A stretch of DNA of 64,000 bases from Elusimicrobiota bacterium (GTDB lineage: Bacteria > Elusimicrobiota > Elusimicrobia > UBA1565 > UBA9628), in the NCBI GenBank assembly GCA_016212825.1, contig JACRDS010000143.1, positions 1,712 through 65,711 of the forward strand, given 5' to 3'. Below, one piece after another: positions 18,332-27,064 of this stretch; position 1 is the first letter of the stretch; the number at the start of each line of letters is the position of its first letter. The position numbers were made by a program, and so were the translations under genes. The notes beneath the pieces were generated by a model. The model saw only the letters and a list, made by a program, of their open reading frames with translations. It ran no database searches and was not told the DNA's origin.

Positions 18332-19756
18332 ATGTCCGCCTGGCGGTGGCTGGCCCTGGCGCTGGTCCTGCCGGCCAGCCTGTGCCTGGCCGCGGCCTGC
18401 CGCCGGGCCCGGGAGACGCGCTGGCAGGAGCGGTCGGTCGCCGGCCTCACGCTCTACGACCAGGGCCGCTACCAGGAGGCCCGGCCCCTGGCCCTGGAGG
18501 GGATGCGCCTGGCCGAAGAGTCCTTCGGCTCCGCCGACCTGCGCACCGCCTACGCCCTGGACTTCCTGGGCAAGGTGGAGCGCCGGCTGGGCAGGCTGGA
18601 GCGGGCCCGGGAGCTCTTCGAGCGCGCCGTGGGAATCGCCGCCGAAGCCCTGGGCCCGGACGCGCCCCAGCGGGCCCACTTCCTGGACAACCTCGCCGAG
18701 CTCCTCACGGCGCAGGGGAAATACGACGAGGCGGAGGTCCTCTACCAGGACTCCCTGCGCCTGATGCAGCGGGACTTCGGGGAGCTCAGCGTCCCCGTCT
18801 CCGCGGCCTACGCCCGGCTGGCCGCGCTCTACGTCCGCTGGGGGGTCTACGAGGAAGCCGAGCCGCTGGTGCGCCGCCTGGAGGCCATCAACACCCGGGT
18901 GGGCTCCTCTGACGAGGCCGCGGACTCCGCCGTGGCGGCGGCCCACTGCACGTTCCACCTGCAGGCCGGAGAACTCGACGCCGCCTGGGAGGACTGCACA
19001 CGGGCCCTGGCCAAGCGCCGGCGCCTGCCCAAGAACCACCTGGACCTGGCCGAGGCCCTGAGCGCGGCCGGACTCATGCACCTGCGCTCCGGCAGCGTGG
19101 AGGAGGCGCGCGCCTGTTCACAGAAGGCCCTGGCCATCTACCGGGAAAGGCCGGGCGCCGACCCCCAGGGTCTCGTGGAGAGCTGGCTCACGCTGGCCGA
19201 GGTCGCGGCGGCCGAGGGCCGCGACGCCGAGGCGGAAGAGCTCTTCGCCAAGCTGCTGCCCCTGTACTCCAACCCCTACGCTCTGGTCAAGGCCCTGGCC
19301 CGCGTGGCCGGCCACTATCAGAGCCGCGGCCGCCTCGACATCGCCGAGCGCCTGTATCTCCAGGCGCTGGCCAAGCAGGTCTCCTCTCCCAAGGCGGACA
19401 AGCGCGACCGCGAGGCCCTGCTCATGCGGCTGGCCGAGGTCTCCGTGGGTCTCGGCCGGCACGGGCGGGCCGAAGGCTACCTGCGGCGAGCCCTGGAGAC
19501 CAACGAATCCCTGCACGGCGCGCTCGACCCGGGCTCCGCGGCCATCATCGCCGCGCTGGCCCAAGTCCAGTTGGCCCGGCGCCGCCCCGATCGGGCCGAG
19601 CCCTGGCTGGCGCGCCTGCGCCGGCTGGCCGACTCCCGCGGGCGCGACAGCTCCGTGGGCCGGGACGTGCTGCGCCGCATGGCGCGCCTCTACGAACGCA
19701 TGGGTCGGGCCGACAAGGCGGCCCGGCTGCAGGCCCAGGTGGACGCGGGGTCCTAG
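18332..19756 (+). CDS. TPR-repeat lipoprotein
   Basis: 474 aa. Lipobox-like LCLAAAC. About ten 42-aa TPR_10/12-type repeats (..A.L.NLA.LY..QGRY.EAE.L..RAL...E). AGGAGGGG Shine-Dalgarno. Confidence 0.8.
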   Translation: MSAWRWLALALVLPASLCLAAACRRARETRWQERSVAGLTLYDQGRYQEARPLALEGMRLAEESFGSADLRTAYALDFLGKVERRLGRLERARELFERAVGIAAEALGPDAPQRAHFLDNLAELLTAQGKYDEAEVLYQDSLRLMQRDFGELSVPVSAAYARLAALYVRWGVYEEAEPLVRRLEAINTRVGSSDEAADSAVAAAHCTFHLQAGELDAAWEDCTRALAKRRRLPKNHLDLAEALSAAGLMHLRSGSVEEARACSQKALAIYRERPGADPQGLVESWLTLAEVAAAEGRDAEAEELFAKLLPLYSNPYALVKALARVAGHYQSRGRLDIAERLYLQALAKQVSSPKADKRDREALLMRLAEVSVGLGRHGRAEGYLRRALETNESLHGALDPGSAAIIAALAQVQLARRRPDRAEPWLARLRRLADSRGRDSSVGRDVLRRMARLYERMGRADKAARLQAQVDAGS

Positions 19757-19760
19757 GGAG

Positions 19761-20384
19761 CTACTTGAGGCGCGGCGCGCAGACCGGCCCGCCGATGCCG
19801 AAGAAGTTGGTCTGCTTGACCCGCCCCATCTCCCGGTACTGCCCGACCAGGGCCATGAGCGGGTCCCTCAGGTGCAGGAACAGCAGCCGGTGCGCGGGCT
19901 TCTTCTTGGCGGCCTTGACGCCCACGATCTGCAGGGAGAACTCGCACATGAGGTCGCGCTCGGTGCAGTTGGTCTTGTCCATCACGAAGCGCTCCTCGTC
20001 CTCCGTGATAGGCCCGAAGCCCGCCATCATCAGGATCCTGGCGGAGTCGGCCTTGGCCTCCTTCTCGATAGCGCAGTTCTCCTCGGGCATGCGCACCGCG
20101 CCCCGCTTCTTGCCGCCCACGATCTGCTTGAGCGCGTAGAGCTCCAGGCGCTTGGCCGCAAAGGGCTCGCGCAGCTTCTCGGGCAGCGTCGCGGGGTCAA
20201 CGGCCAGGAACTCTGGCACCAGGTCGGCAGGGAGCTCGGCCGTGGGCATGTCCAGGAAGGCCTGGACCAGCTTCACCTTGTCGTCGGCCGCGGGCGCCTC
20301 GGCCTTGAGCTCGGCCAAGGCCCCGGCCCAGGCCGCCGCGGGCAGGGAGAGGATGAGCAGGGCCGGCCACAAGGATCTAGCCAC
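19761..20384 (-). CDS. hypothetical secreted protein
   Basis: 207 aa. Signal peptide MARSLWPALLILSLPAAAWA. GTG start overlapping the xerD stop by 8 nt. No recognisable domain. Confidence 0.55.
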   Translation of the reverse strand: MARSLWPALLILSLPAAAWAGALAELKAEAPAADDKVKLVQAFLDMPTAELPADLVPEFLAVDPATLPEKLREPFAAKRLELYALKQIVGGKKRGAVRMPEENCAIEKEAKADSARILMMAGFGPITEDEERFVMDKTNCTERDLMCEFSLQIVGVKAAKKKPAHRLLFLHLRDPLMALVGQYREMGRVKQTNFFGIGGPVCAPRLK

Positions 20385-21222
20385 GGGGATGATGCCTCCT
20401 GTGCGAGTCCTTCAAGCCGGACTTCTCCAGATGCGTGTAGATCTGGGTGGTGGAGAGGCTGGAGTGGCCCAGCATCTCCTGCACGCTGCGCAGGTCCGCC
20501 CCGCCCTGCAGGAGGTGCGTGGCGAAGGTGTGGCGCAGGACATGGGGATGGACCCGCCCCTCCAATCCGGCGCGGGAGGCCAGGGCCTGCAGGTCGCGCC
20601 AGAACTGCACGCGCGAGAGGGGCCGGCCCCGCCGGTTGAGGAAGACCGCGCTCTCTCCCGCGTTCGGGAAGCGGCGCTGGCGCGCGAGCAGGAACTGCTC
20701 GAGGAGCGCCAGGGCCCGCTCGTGCACCGGGATGAGGCGCTCCTTGGCGCCCTTGCCCAGCACGCGCACCCAGCCGTCCTGCAGGTTGAGGTAGCCCGCC
20801 TTGAGGGCCAGGAGCTCCGAGACCCGCATGCCCGTGGCGTAGAGGAGCTCGAGCATGGCGCGCAGGCGCAGGGACTCGTAGGAGCCCCCGACCGCAGCGG
20901 CCAGGAGGCGGCCGACCTCTGCCGGGGTCAGGAACTCGGGCAGGCGCGCCGGCCGGCGCGGGGAGCGCAGCTCCGCGGCCGGGTTGGCCGCCGTGCGGCG
21001 CTCCGCAGCCTGGAAGAAGTAGAAGGAGCGCAGGGCTTCGATCTTGCGCGCCAAAGTGCTGGCCTCGAGGCCCTGCCCGCTCCTGAGCTCCCAGAGGTAG
21101 TCCTCCAGGTCCTGCCGAGAAGCCTTCAGAGGGTCCAGACCGCGCCGGCCGAGATGCTCCAGGAACTGCGCCAGGTCCGAAAGGTAGGCCGAAGTCGTGT
21201 TGCGGGCCAGCCCCCGCTCCAC
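20377..21222 (-). CDS. xerD: tyrosine site-specific recombinase XerD/XerC (5' end probably extends upstream via a non-canonical start)
   Basis: ERGLARNTTSAYLSDL core-binding domain. Catalytic R (ATGMRVSEL), HPHVLRHTFATHLL, GHSSLSTTQIYTH. The track start is the GTG at 21222, but conserved N-terminal helix residues LLEEYRRYISV lie in frame upstream. Confidence 0.9.
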   Translation of the reverse strand: MERGLARNTTSAYLSDLAQFLEHLGRRGLDPLKASRQDLEDYLWELRSGQGLEASTLARKIEALRSFYFFQAAERRTAANPAAELRSPRRPARLPEFLTPAEVGRLLAAAVGGSYESLRLRAMLELLYATGMRVSELLALKAGYLNLQDGWVRVLGKGAKERLIPVHERALALLEQFLLARQRRFPNAGESAVFLNRRGRPLSRVQFWRDLQALASRAGLEGRVHPHVLRHTFATHLLQGGADLRSVQEMLGHSSLSTTQIYTHLEKSGLKDSHRRHHPRG

Positions 21223-21276
21223 CGAGATGTAGCGGCGGTACTCCTCCAGCAGCGGCGGGAGCTTCCCTTCCGTAAC

Positions 21277-22335
<1,059 letters not shown>

Positions 22336-22459
22336 GGCGTGTCCTCCGGGGGGATCGTTGCTCATCCATTCTAGCAAAAGCCCCATACCCTATATACGAC
22401 GCCGGGCGCGAAAAGTTCCACCGTTTTTACAGGCCCCGGCGGCCGTTCCGGAATTCGAA

Positions 22460-23161
22460 TCAGGGAAGGCCCCAGACGGGATGCCACTGGGGGATGAGCC
22501 GGACGTCCTTAAGGAGGGCCGCGGCCTGCCTAAGGAAGAAGACCACGGCGTCCGGCTCGGCCGGCCCTTCTCCGCCGCGGGCCGTGGCCGGCTGCAGGAC
22601 CAGGGGCATGTCGGGCGCGGCCTCCTGCATAAGGCGGATGATCTGGCGCCACTCCGCCCTGGTGGTGCGCGCGGTGAGTACGGCCTTGACGAAGCATTTT
22701 CCCGGCGCCACGCGCAGGAACTCCAGATGGCTGGACCAAGTCTCCCGTCCCACCGCTGAAGGCATCTTCACGTCCACCGAAGCCAGGTCGCAGAAAGGCT
22801 CGACTTCCTTGAAAGCCTCGACCATGGTCCCGTTGGTCTCCAGGAGGTTCTTCACTCCCTGGGACCGGACCCAGCGCATCAGCGGCGGCAGGGCCGCGGC
22901 CTGCAAGAGGGGCTCGCCGCCGGTCCAGGACACGGCATCGTGCTTCCTCTCCGCGAAGAGCCGGGAGAGAGCGCCTCGGACCTCCGCCTCGGACCAGGGC
23001 TTCCCCGCGGAGACCTTCCGCGTGCGGGGCGTGTCGCAGTAGCGGCAGGAGAGGTTGCAGCCGGCCAGGCGCACGAAGGCGTGGCGCTGGCCCAGCCAGA
23101 GGCCCTCGCCCTGCAAGGAGGAGAAGACCTCCGCCACGCGCAGGCTTGCGGCGGGACTCAC
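22460..23161 (-). CDS. queE: 7-carboxy-7-deazaguanine synthase (radical SAM)
   Basis: LRVAEVFSSLQGEGLWLGQRHAFVRLAGCNLSCRYCDTP. GTG start in a GTGA overlap with the pepF stop. The alternative-frame ORF 22530-23420 is Arg/Pro-rich noise. Confidence 0.85.
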   Translation of the reverse strand: MSPAASLRVAEVFSSLQGEGLWLGQRHAFVRLAGCNLSCRYCDTPRTRKVSAGKPWSEAEVRGALSRLFAERKHDAVSWTGGEPLLQAAALPPLMRWVRSQGVKNLLETNGTMVEAFKEVEPFCDLASVDVKMPSAVGRETWSSHLEFLRVAPGKCFVKAVLTARTTRAEWRQIIRLMQEAAPDMPLVLQPATARGGEGPAEPDAVVFFLRQAAALLKDVRLIPQWHPVWGLP

Positions 23162-25041
23162 TCCGCGAGCTTCTCCATCTCCGCGACCGCGCCGTCGAGG
23201 GCGCGCGCCGCGGCCGCGATGGCGTCGGGCGAGAGCAGGTCCACGCCCGCCGCCTTGAGCGTCTCCACGGGGTGCGCCTCGCGGGGCGCCGCCAGCATGG
23301 CCAGGTAGCGGTCCCGCGCCGGGACGTCGCCGGCGCCGACCTTGTCCGAGAGGGCGATGGCGCTGGCCAGGCCGCAGGCGTAGCTGAACACGTAGTGCTT
23401 CCAGTAGAAGTGGGGCACATAGGACCACTCTATGCCGTCGTGCTGCCCCACGGTGAAGCCGGGGCCGTAGTAGGTCTTGACCAGATCCGCGTAGGTCTGG
23501 TTCAGGAGCTCGGCGGTGATCGGAGTCCCGGCCTCGGCGAAGCCGTGGAGCTTGAGCTCGAACTCGGTGAACAGGGTCTGCCGGTACACCGTGCCCCGGA
23601 TGCGGTCGGCCAGCTGGCTGAGCAGGTAGAGGCGCATCTTCTTGTCGCCCTCGTACTTCTTGAGCAGGTGCCGGCTGAGCAGCATCTCCTGGAAGGTGGA
23701 GGCGATCTCCGCGGTCAAGGAGGAGTAGCCCGCGTCCGCGTCCGCGTTGGCCTTGTTGTTGATGAAGCTGTGCATGGCGTGGCCCAGTTCGTGGGCCGTG
23801 GTGGAGACGTCCTCCACGCGGTCCATGTAGTTGAGCTTCACGAAGGGCGGGAAGCCCCAGAGCGAGTGGGAGAAGGCCCCGGAGTCCTTGCCCTTGTTGG
23901 GATAGACGTCCATCATGCGCCGGCCCAGCATCTCGGGCCCATTAAACGCCTCCAGATAAGACTCCCCCATGGGCGCGACCGCGGCCCGCACGTCCTTGAG
24001 TCCCTCGTCGAAGGGGATGTCCACGTCCGCCGCCGGCACCAGGGGCGCGTAGAGGTCGTGGAAGCGCAGCTCCTTGACCTTCAGCATCTTCTTGCGCAGG
24101 GCCAGGTAGCGGTGCAGGGGTTCCAGGTTGACTCGCACCGAGGCGACCAGGTTCTCCACCACGGCCGGGGGCACGTCCTGGCGGTCGAGGTAGGCGTCAA
24201 GAGAGCGCCCATAGCCCCGGGCCCGGGCCAGGAACACGTCGCGCTTGGCCTCCCCGCCCAAGGTCGCGGCCAGGATGTCCTCGTACTTCTTGAGGCTGCC
24301 GAAGAGCCCGGCGACCGCGTCGCGGCGCACGCGGCGGTCCTTGGAGGAGCGGTACTTGCCGTAATTGGCCAAGGTCAGCTGGACCGGCCTGCCCTTCTCG
24401 TCTTTCATGGAAGGCAGCTGGAGGTCCTTCTGCACGGCCTTGAAGGCGAGCTCGATGTCCGAGGGGATCTCGTTGAGGTCGGTCTCGGACCAGAGGTTGT
24501 CTGCGGCCAGGCTCAGGACCTTCTCCGCCTCGTCGCCGAGCAGGGCCCGGCGCCGCCGGCGCAGGTCCTGCACGTAGAGCCGGTAAGGCTCCAGCTCCGG
24601 GGCGGCCAGGAGCTTGGCGGCGGCTTTGTCGTCGAGCTTGAGGAGCTCCTGCCGGAGGAAGGCGGAATCGGAGCGCAGCCGCGCGCCGAGACCCAGGGCG
24701 CGCTGGAGCCGGTCCTGCGCGCCGGGGGCCGCGTCGTCCCCGTCGGCCCGAAGGTTGGCGTAGGAGGCGACCCGCCCCACCGCCGCCCGGGCGGTGAAGT
24801 ACGCGTCGAGGCCCGCGCGGACCTCCGCCGGGGTCGCGAGCCGGCCCACATGCTTGGCCAGGCCGTCGATGCGGCCGTTGGCCTGGTCGAAGCCCGCCGC
24901 CCAGGCCGCGTCGTCCGCGAAGAAGGGCGAGAGGTCCCACCGATAGGCCTCCGGGACGGAGGCGCGGGGCGCGTTGGCGTCGGGCTTGTAGGGGGCGGCG
25001 AAGGCGGCGGCGGCCAGCATGATAAGGAGAGGAGTGTTCAT
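23158..25041 (-). CDS. pepF: M3B oligoendopeptidase F family metallopeptidase, with signal peptide
   Basis: 627 aa. HELGHAMH zinc motif, PepF-like length and architecture. N-terminal MNTPLLIMLAAAAFAAP. Confidence 0.9.
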   Translation of the reverse strand: MNTPLLIMLAAAAFAAPYKPDANAPRASVPEAYRWDLSPFFADDAAWAAGFDQANGRIDGLAKHVGRLATPAEVRAGLDAYFTARAAVGRVASYANLRADGDDAAPGAQDRLQRALGLGARLRSDSAFLRQELLKLDDKAAAKLLAAPELEPYRLYVQDLRRRRRALLGDEAEKVLSLAADNLWSETDLNEIPSDIELAFKAVQKDLQLPSMKDEKGRPVQLTLANYGKYRSSKDRRVRRDAVAGLFGSLKKYEDILAATLGGEAKRDVFLARARGYGRSLDAYLDRQDVPPAVVENLVASVRVNLEPLHRYLALRKKMLKVKELRFHDLYAPLVPAADVDIPFDEGLKDVRAAVAPMGESYLEAFNGPEMLGRRMMDVYPNKGKDSGAFSHSLWGFPPFVKLNYMDRVEDVSTTAHELGHAMHSFINNKANADADAGYSSLTAEIASTFQEMLLSRHLLKKYEGDKKMRLYLLSQLADRIRGTVYRQTLFTEFELKLHGFAEAGTPITAELLNQTYADLVKTYYGPGFTVGQHDGIEWSYVPHFYWKHYVFSYACGLASAIALSDKVGAGDVPARDRYLAMLAAPREAHPVETLKAAGVDLLSPDAIAAAARALDGAVAEMEKLAE

Positions 25042-25122
25042 GCGCCTATCATATCAAAGCCGTCAGGCCGTTGTTATCCCGCCGTCATGCTCCCGCGCGG
25101 GCTGCGTTGATATCATCTCCGC

Positions 25123-25239
25123 ATGGACGATCAGTCCGCAGTCGTGCCGGGACCCTGGCCGGGGATGCTGGCCTGCGCCTTCATCGCCGCGGCCGCCTTC
25201 CTGGCCACGGCCTCCGTGGCCCGCATCTTCCTGCCTTGA
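25123..25239 (+). CDS. candidate 38-aa single-TM small protein
   Basis: Not in the track. MDDQSAVVPGPWPGMLACAFIAAAAFLATASVARIFLP. The ATG lies 6 nt after a TATCAT box, in the same arrangement as other operon heads in this window. Confidence 0.3.
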   Translation: MDDQSAVVPGPWPGMLACAFIAAAAFLATASVARIFLP

Positions 25240-25252
25240 CCGCTCCTCCGGC

Positions 25253-25735
25253 TTAGCGGGGCTTGGCCGGACCGAAATAGTAGCGCAAGCCGACCCCCCC
25301 GTCGACGCCGCTGCCGAGGCTCGGCGCCATTCGCAGGACCGGTGCGATCTCGGCGAAAGCCTCCAGCGGAGCCTTGGGGAACGCGTAACTCAGGCCGCCC
25401 AGGAAGCGGATTCCGAAGAGCGCGTCGGGCTCGTCCTTGACCTTCAGACCCAGGCCCAGGTAGGGGGCCAGACGGCCTTGCGGGGGCTGGTGCGACATGT
25501 CCCGGAAGTGCGTCAGGAAGTCCAGGTGCATGTCGAGGTCCCCGTCCTGCACGCCGAAGGCCGCGTCGACCGCGTTGCGGCGGTCGATGAGGTACTTCGC
25601 GGAGAACCCGAACGGCGTACCGATATAAGCGCCCACGCCGATCTGCCCCGGCTGCTCCTGCGCCGCGGCCGTTCCGGCCGCGCACAGGCCCGACGCCAGG
25701 ATCGCCGCAAGAAGAATGGGGCTCTTGGTATGCAT
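25253..25735 (-). CDS. small outer-membrane beta-barrel protein
   Basis: 160 aa from MHTKSPILLAAILASGLCAAGTAAA. Alternating amphipathic strands and a C-terminal ...GLRYYFGP aromatic signature. GGAGG 5 nt upstream of the ATG at 25735. Confidence 0.65.
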   Translation of the reverse strand: MHTKSPILLAAILASGLCAAGTAAAQEQPGQIGVGAYIGTPFGFSAKYLIDRRNAVDAAFGVQDGDLDMHLDFLTHFRDMSHQPPQGRLAPYLGLGLKVKDEPDALFGIRFLGGLSYAFPKAPLEAFAEIAPVLRMAPSLGSGVDGGVGLRYYFGPAKPR

Positions 25736-25753
25736 AGACACCTCCTGGAAGGG

Positions 25754-25784
25754 CTGGGAGGCCCTCCCGAAGAGGGCCTCCCAG
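25754..25784 (-). promoter_or_regulatory. perfect 13-bp stem / 5-nt loop intercistronic hairpin
   Basis: ctgggaggccctc (25754-25766) is the exact reverse complement of gagggcctcccag (25772-25784). It lies between the stop at 25792 and the start at 25735. There is no U-tract. Confidence 0.6.
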
Positions 25785-25791
25785 GATCCCT

Positions 25792-26253
25792 TCAGCGGCC
25801 ATGCCGGCCCGCATGCTCGCGGCGCCCGGTCATCGGCTCATGGCGCACCTCGCGCTTCTCCCGCCGGAGCTCGGAAGACTCCCGGCGGCCGCCGGCCTCG
25901 GCGACGACCGGCTTGCCCTTGCCCTCGCTGACGCCCGGCTGCGCGGGCGCATTCCCCTTGCCCAGAGCCGCGCCCAGGGTGAACCCGTACTTCCGGGCGA
26001 TGGCGCCCCAGCCCATCTTGGAATCGCGCAGCTTGAGCACATCCGCCACGGGCACTCCGGCCTTGGCCGAGATGGCCAGGGCGTTGCGGATCTCCCCCCA
26101 GCCGAGTCCCTGGCTGCGCAGGTCCGTGACCTGGGCGGCGGGGACGCCGAACTCGGAGGCCAGCTTGCCCGCCTCCTTCGGCTCCGCCGCGAAGGCGGGC
26201 GCCGCCAGCAGCAGGCCTGTCAGGGTCAGTGGCATCCACTTGATCTCGAGCAT
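25792..26253 (-). CDS. hypothetical secreted protein with a duplicated GWG-containing helical motif and a basic tail
   Basis: 153 aa from MLEIKW. AAGGAGG Shine-Dalgarno. Internal repeat VTDLRSQGLGWGEIRNAL / VLKLRDSKMGWGAIARKY. Confidence 0.6.
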   Translation of the reverse strand: MLEIKWMPLTLTGLLLAAPAFAAEPKEAGKLASEFGVPAAQVTDLRSQGLGWGEIRNALAISAKAGVPVADVLKLRDSKMGWGAIARKYGFTLGAALGKGNAPAQPGVSEGKGKPVVAEAGGRRESSELRREKREVRHEPMTGRREHAGRHGR

Positions 26254-26315
26254 AGATACCTCCTTACGACTGTCGCAGATTAGACGCACCGCGGGGCTGG
26301 AGGTTGGGTCGCGGC

Positions 26316-26609
26316 TCAGCGCCGGCCGCGCCACTGGGCGCGCAGTTGCGCCTGCTTCTCGGCCGGGAGCTTCTTGAACTCCTCCCAGCGCCGGAGCAGT
26401 TCCTGCCGCTGGCCGGACGGCAGCTTTCGGAAGCGCTCGTAGCGCCGCTGCAGCGTCTGCCTCTGCCCCGGGGACATCTCCCCATAGAGCCGGTGGTTGC
26501 GCAGCACCGTCTCGCGGCGCGCCGGGGATAGGTCCTCCCACGCCCGGCCGCCGCCGCTGGCGGGGGCGCAGAGCAGGGATAGCAGCAGCGCGGCGAGCGC
26601 GCCCCTCAT
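26316..26609 (-). CDS. DUF3106-like periplasmic protein
   Basis: 97 aa with a signal peptide. Repeated W..LSPA.R......Y..MSPGQRQ.L..R...F..LP..QRQELLRRWEEF. ATGA overlap with the anti-sigma stop. Confidence 0.65.
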   Translation of the reverse strand: MRGALAALLLSLLCAPASGGGRAWEDLSPARRETVLRNHRLYGEMSPGQRQTLQRRYERFRKLPSGQRQELLRRWEEFKKLPAEKQAQLRAQWRGRR

Positions 26610-27064
26610 GGCTCCCTCCGGGGCCAGAGGCCCTGGGCCGCTTCCCAGTCCATGAAAAGATCGAGATGCTCCATCAGCTCCAGCTCCTCGACCGCCGGCA
26701 TCAGGACCACGCCGCTCCTCTCCGGCGGAACGGGCCGGAAGAGGAAGAGCCCCGCGGCGGCCAGCGCGGCGGCCGGGACCCAGAGCAGCCGCCGCGGCCG
26801 GGAGGGCCGCGGCTCCGCCCGGATGCGGGCGGCCAGGCGCGCCCAGAGAGGGGCCGCCAGCGCCTTGTCCCACGAAAGCGGCGCGCCGTCGGGCGCCGAA
26901 CTGCGGCCGCAGAGGGCGCGCAGGTCCTCGTGCTCCTTGCGGCAGAGCGCGCACGCGGCCGCATGCGCCAGAGCCTCGGCCGGCGCCTGGTCGGCCCGGG
27001 GCCAGGCGGCCCACAAGGACTCCCGGACCGAACGGCAGGGCTGGGGGATCTCCTTCATATTCAT
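26606..27064 (-). CDS. zinc-finger (zf-HC2-like) anti-sigma factor
   Basis: 152 aa. C-x26-H-x3-C-x2-C arrangement (PCRSV....HAAACALC), one TM helix. ATGA overlap with the sigma gene stop. Confidence 0.65.
   Translation of the reverse strand: MNMKEIPQPCRSVRESLWAAWPRADQAPAEALAHAAACALCRKEHEDLRALCGRSSAPDGAPLSWDKALAAPLWARLAARIRAEPRPSRPRRLLWVPAAALAAAGLFLFRPVPPERSGVVLMPAVEELELMEHLDLFMDWEAAQGLWPRREP

Noticed and set aside
20377-21222. The tyrosine recombinase as a marker of an integrated mobile element or genomic island.
   Set aside because: The motifs and the position directly after recA fit chromosomal XerD/XerC dimer resolution. I found no flanking direct repeats, tRNA target, phage, conjugation or transposase genes.
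22336-22459. A LexA/SOS box or other operator upstream of recA.
   Set aside because: The region has a TAGAAT -10-like box and scattered GAAC/TTCGAA/GAATTC elements. It has no CTGT-N8-ACAG, GAAC-N4-GTTC or GTTC-N7-GTTC palindrome that I could align, so there is not enough to call.
22530-23420. An alternative 296-aa ORF overlapping queE in another frame.
   Set aside because: Its translation is Arg/Pro/Ala-rich with no motifs. The other frame gives the diagnostic QueE radical SAM motif and an overlap-coupled GTG start.
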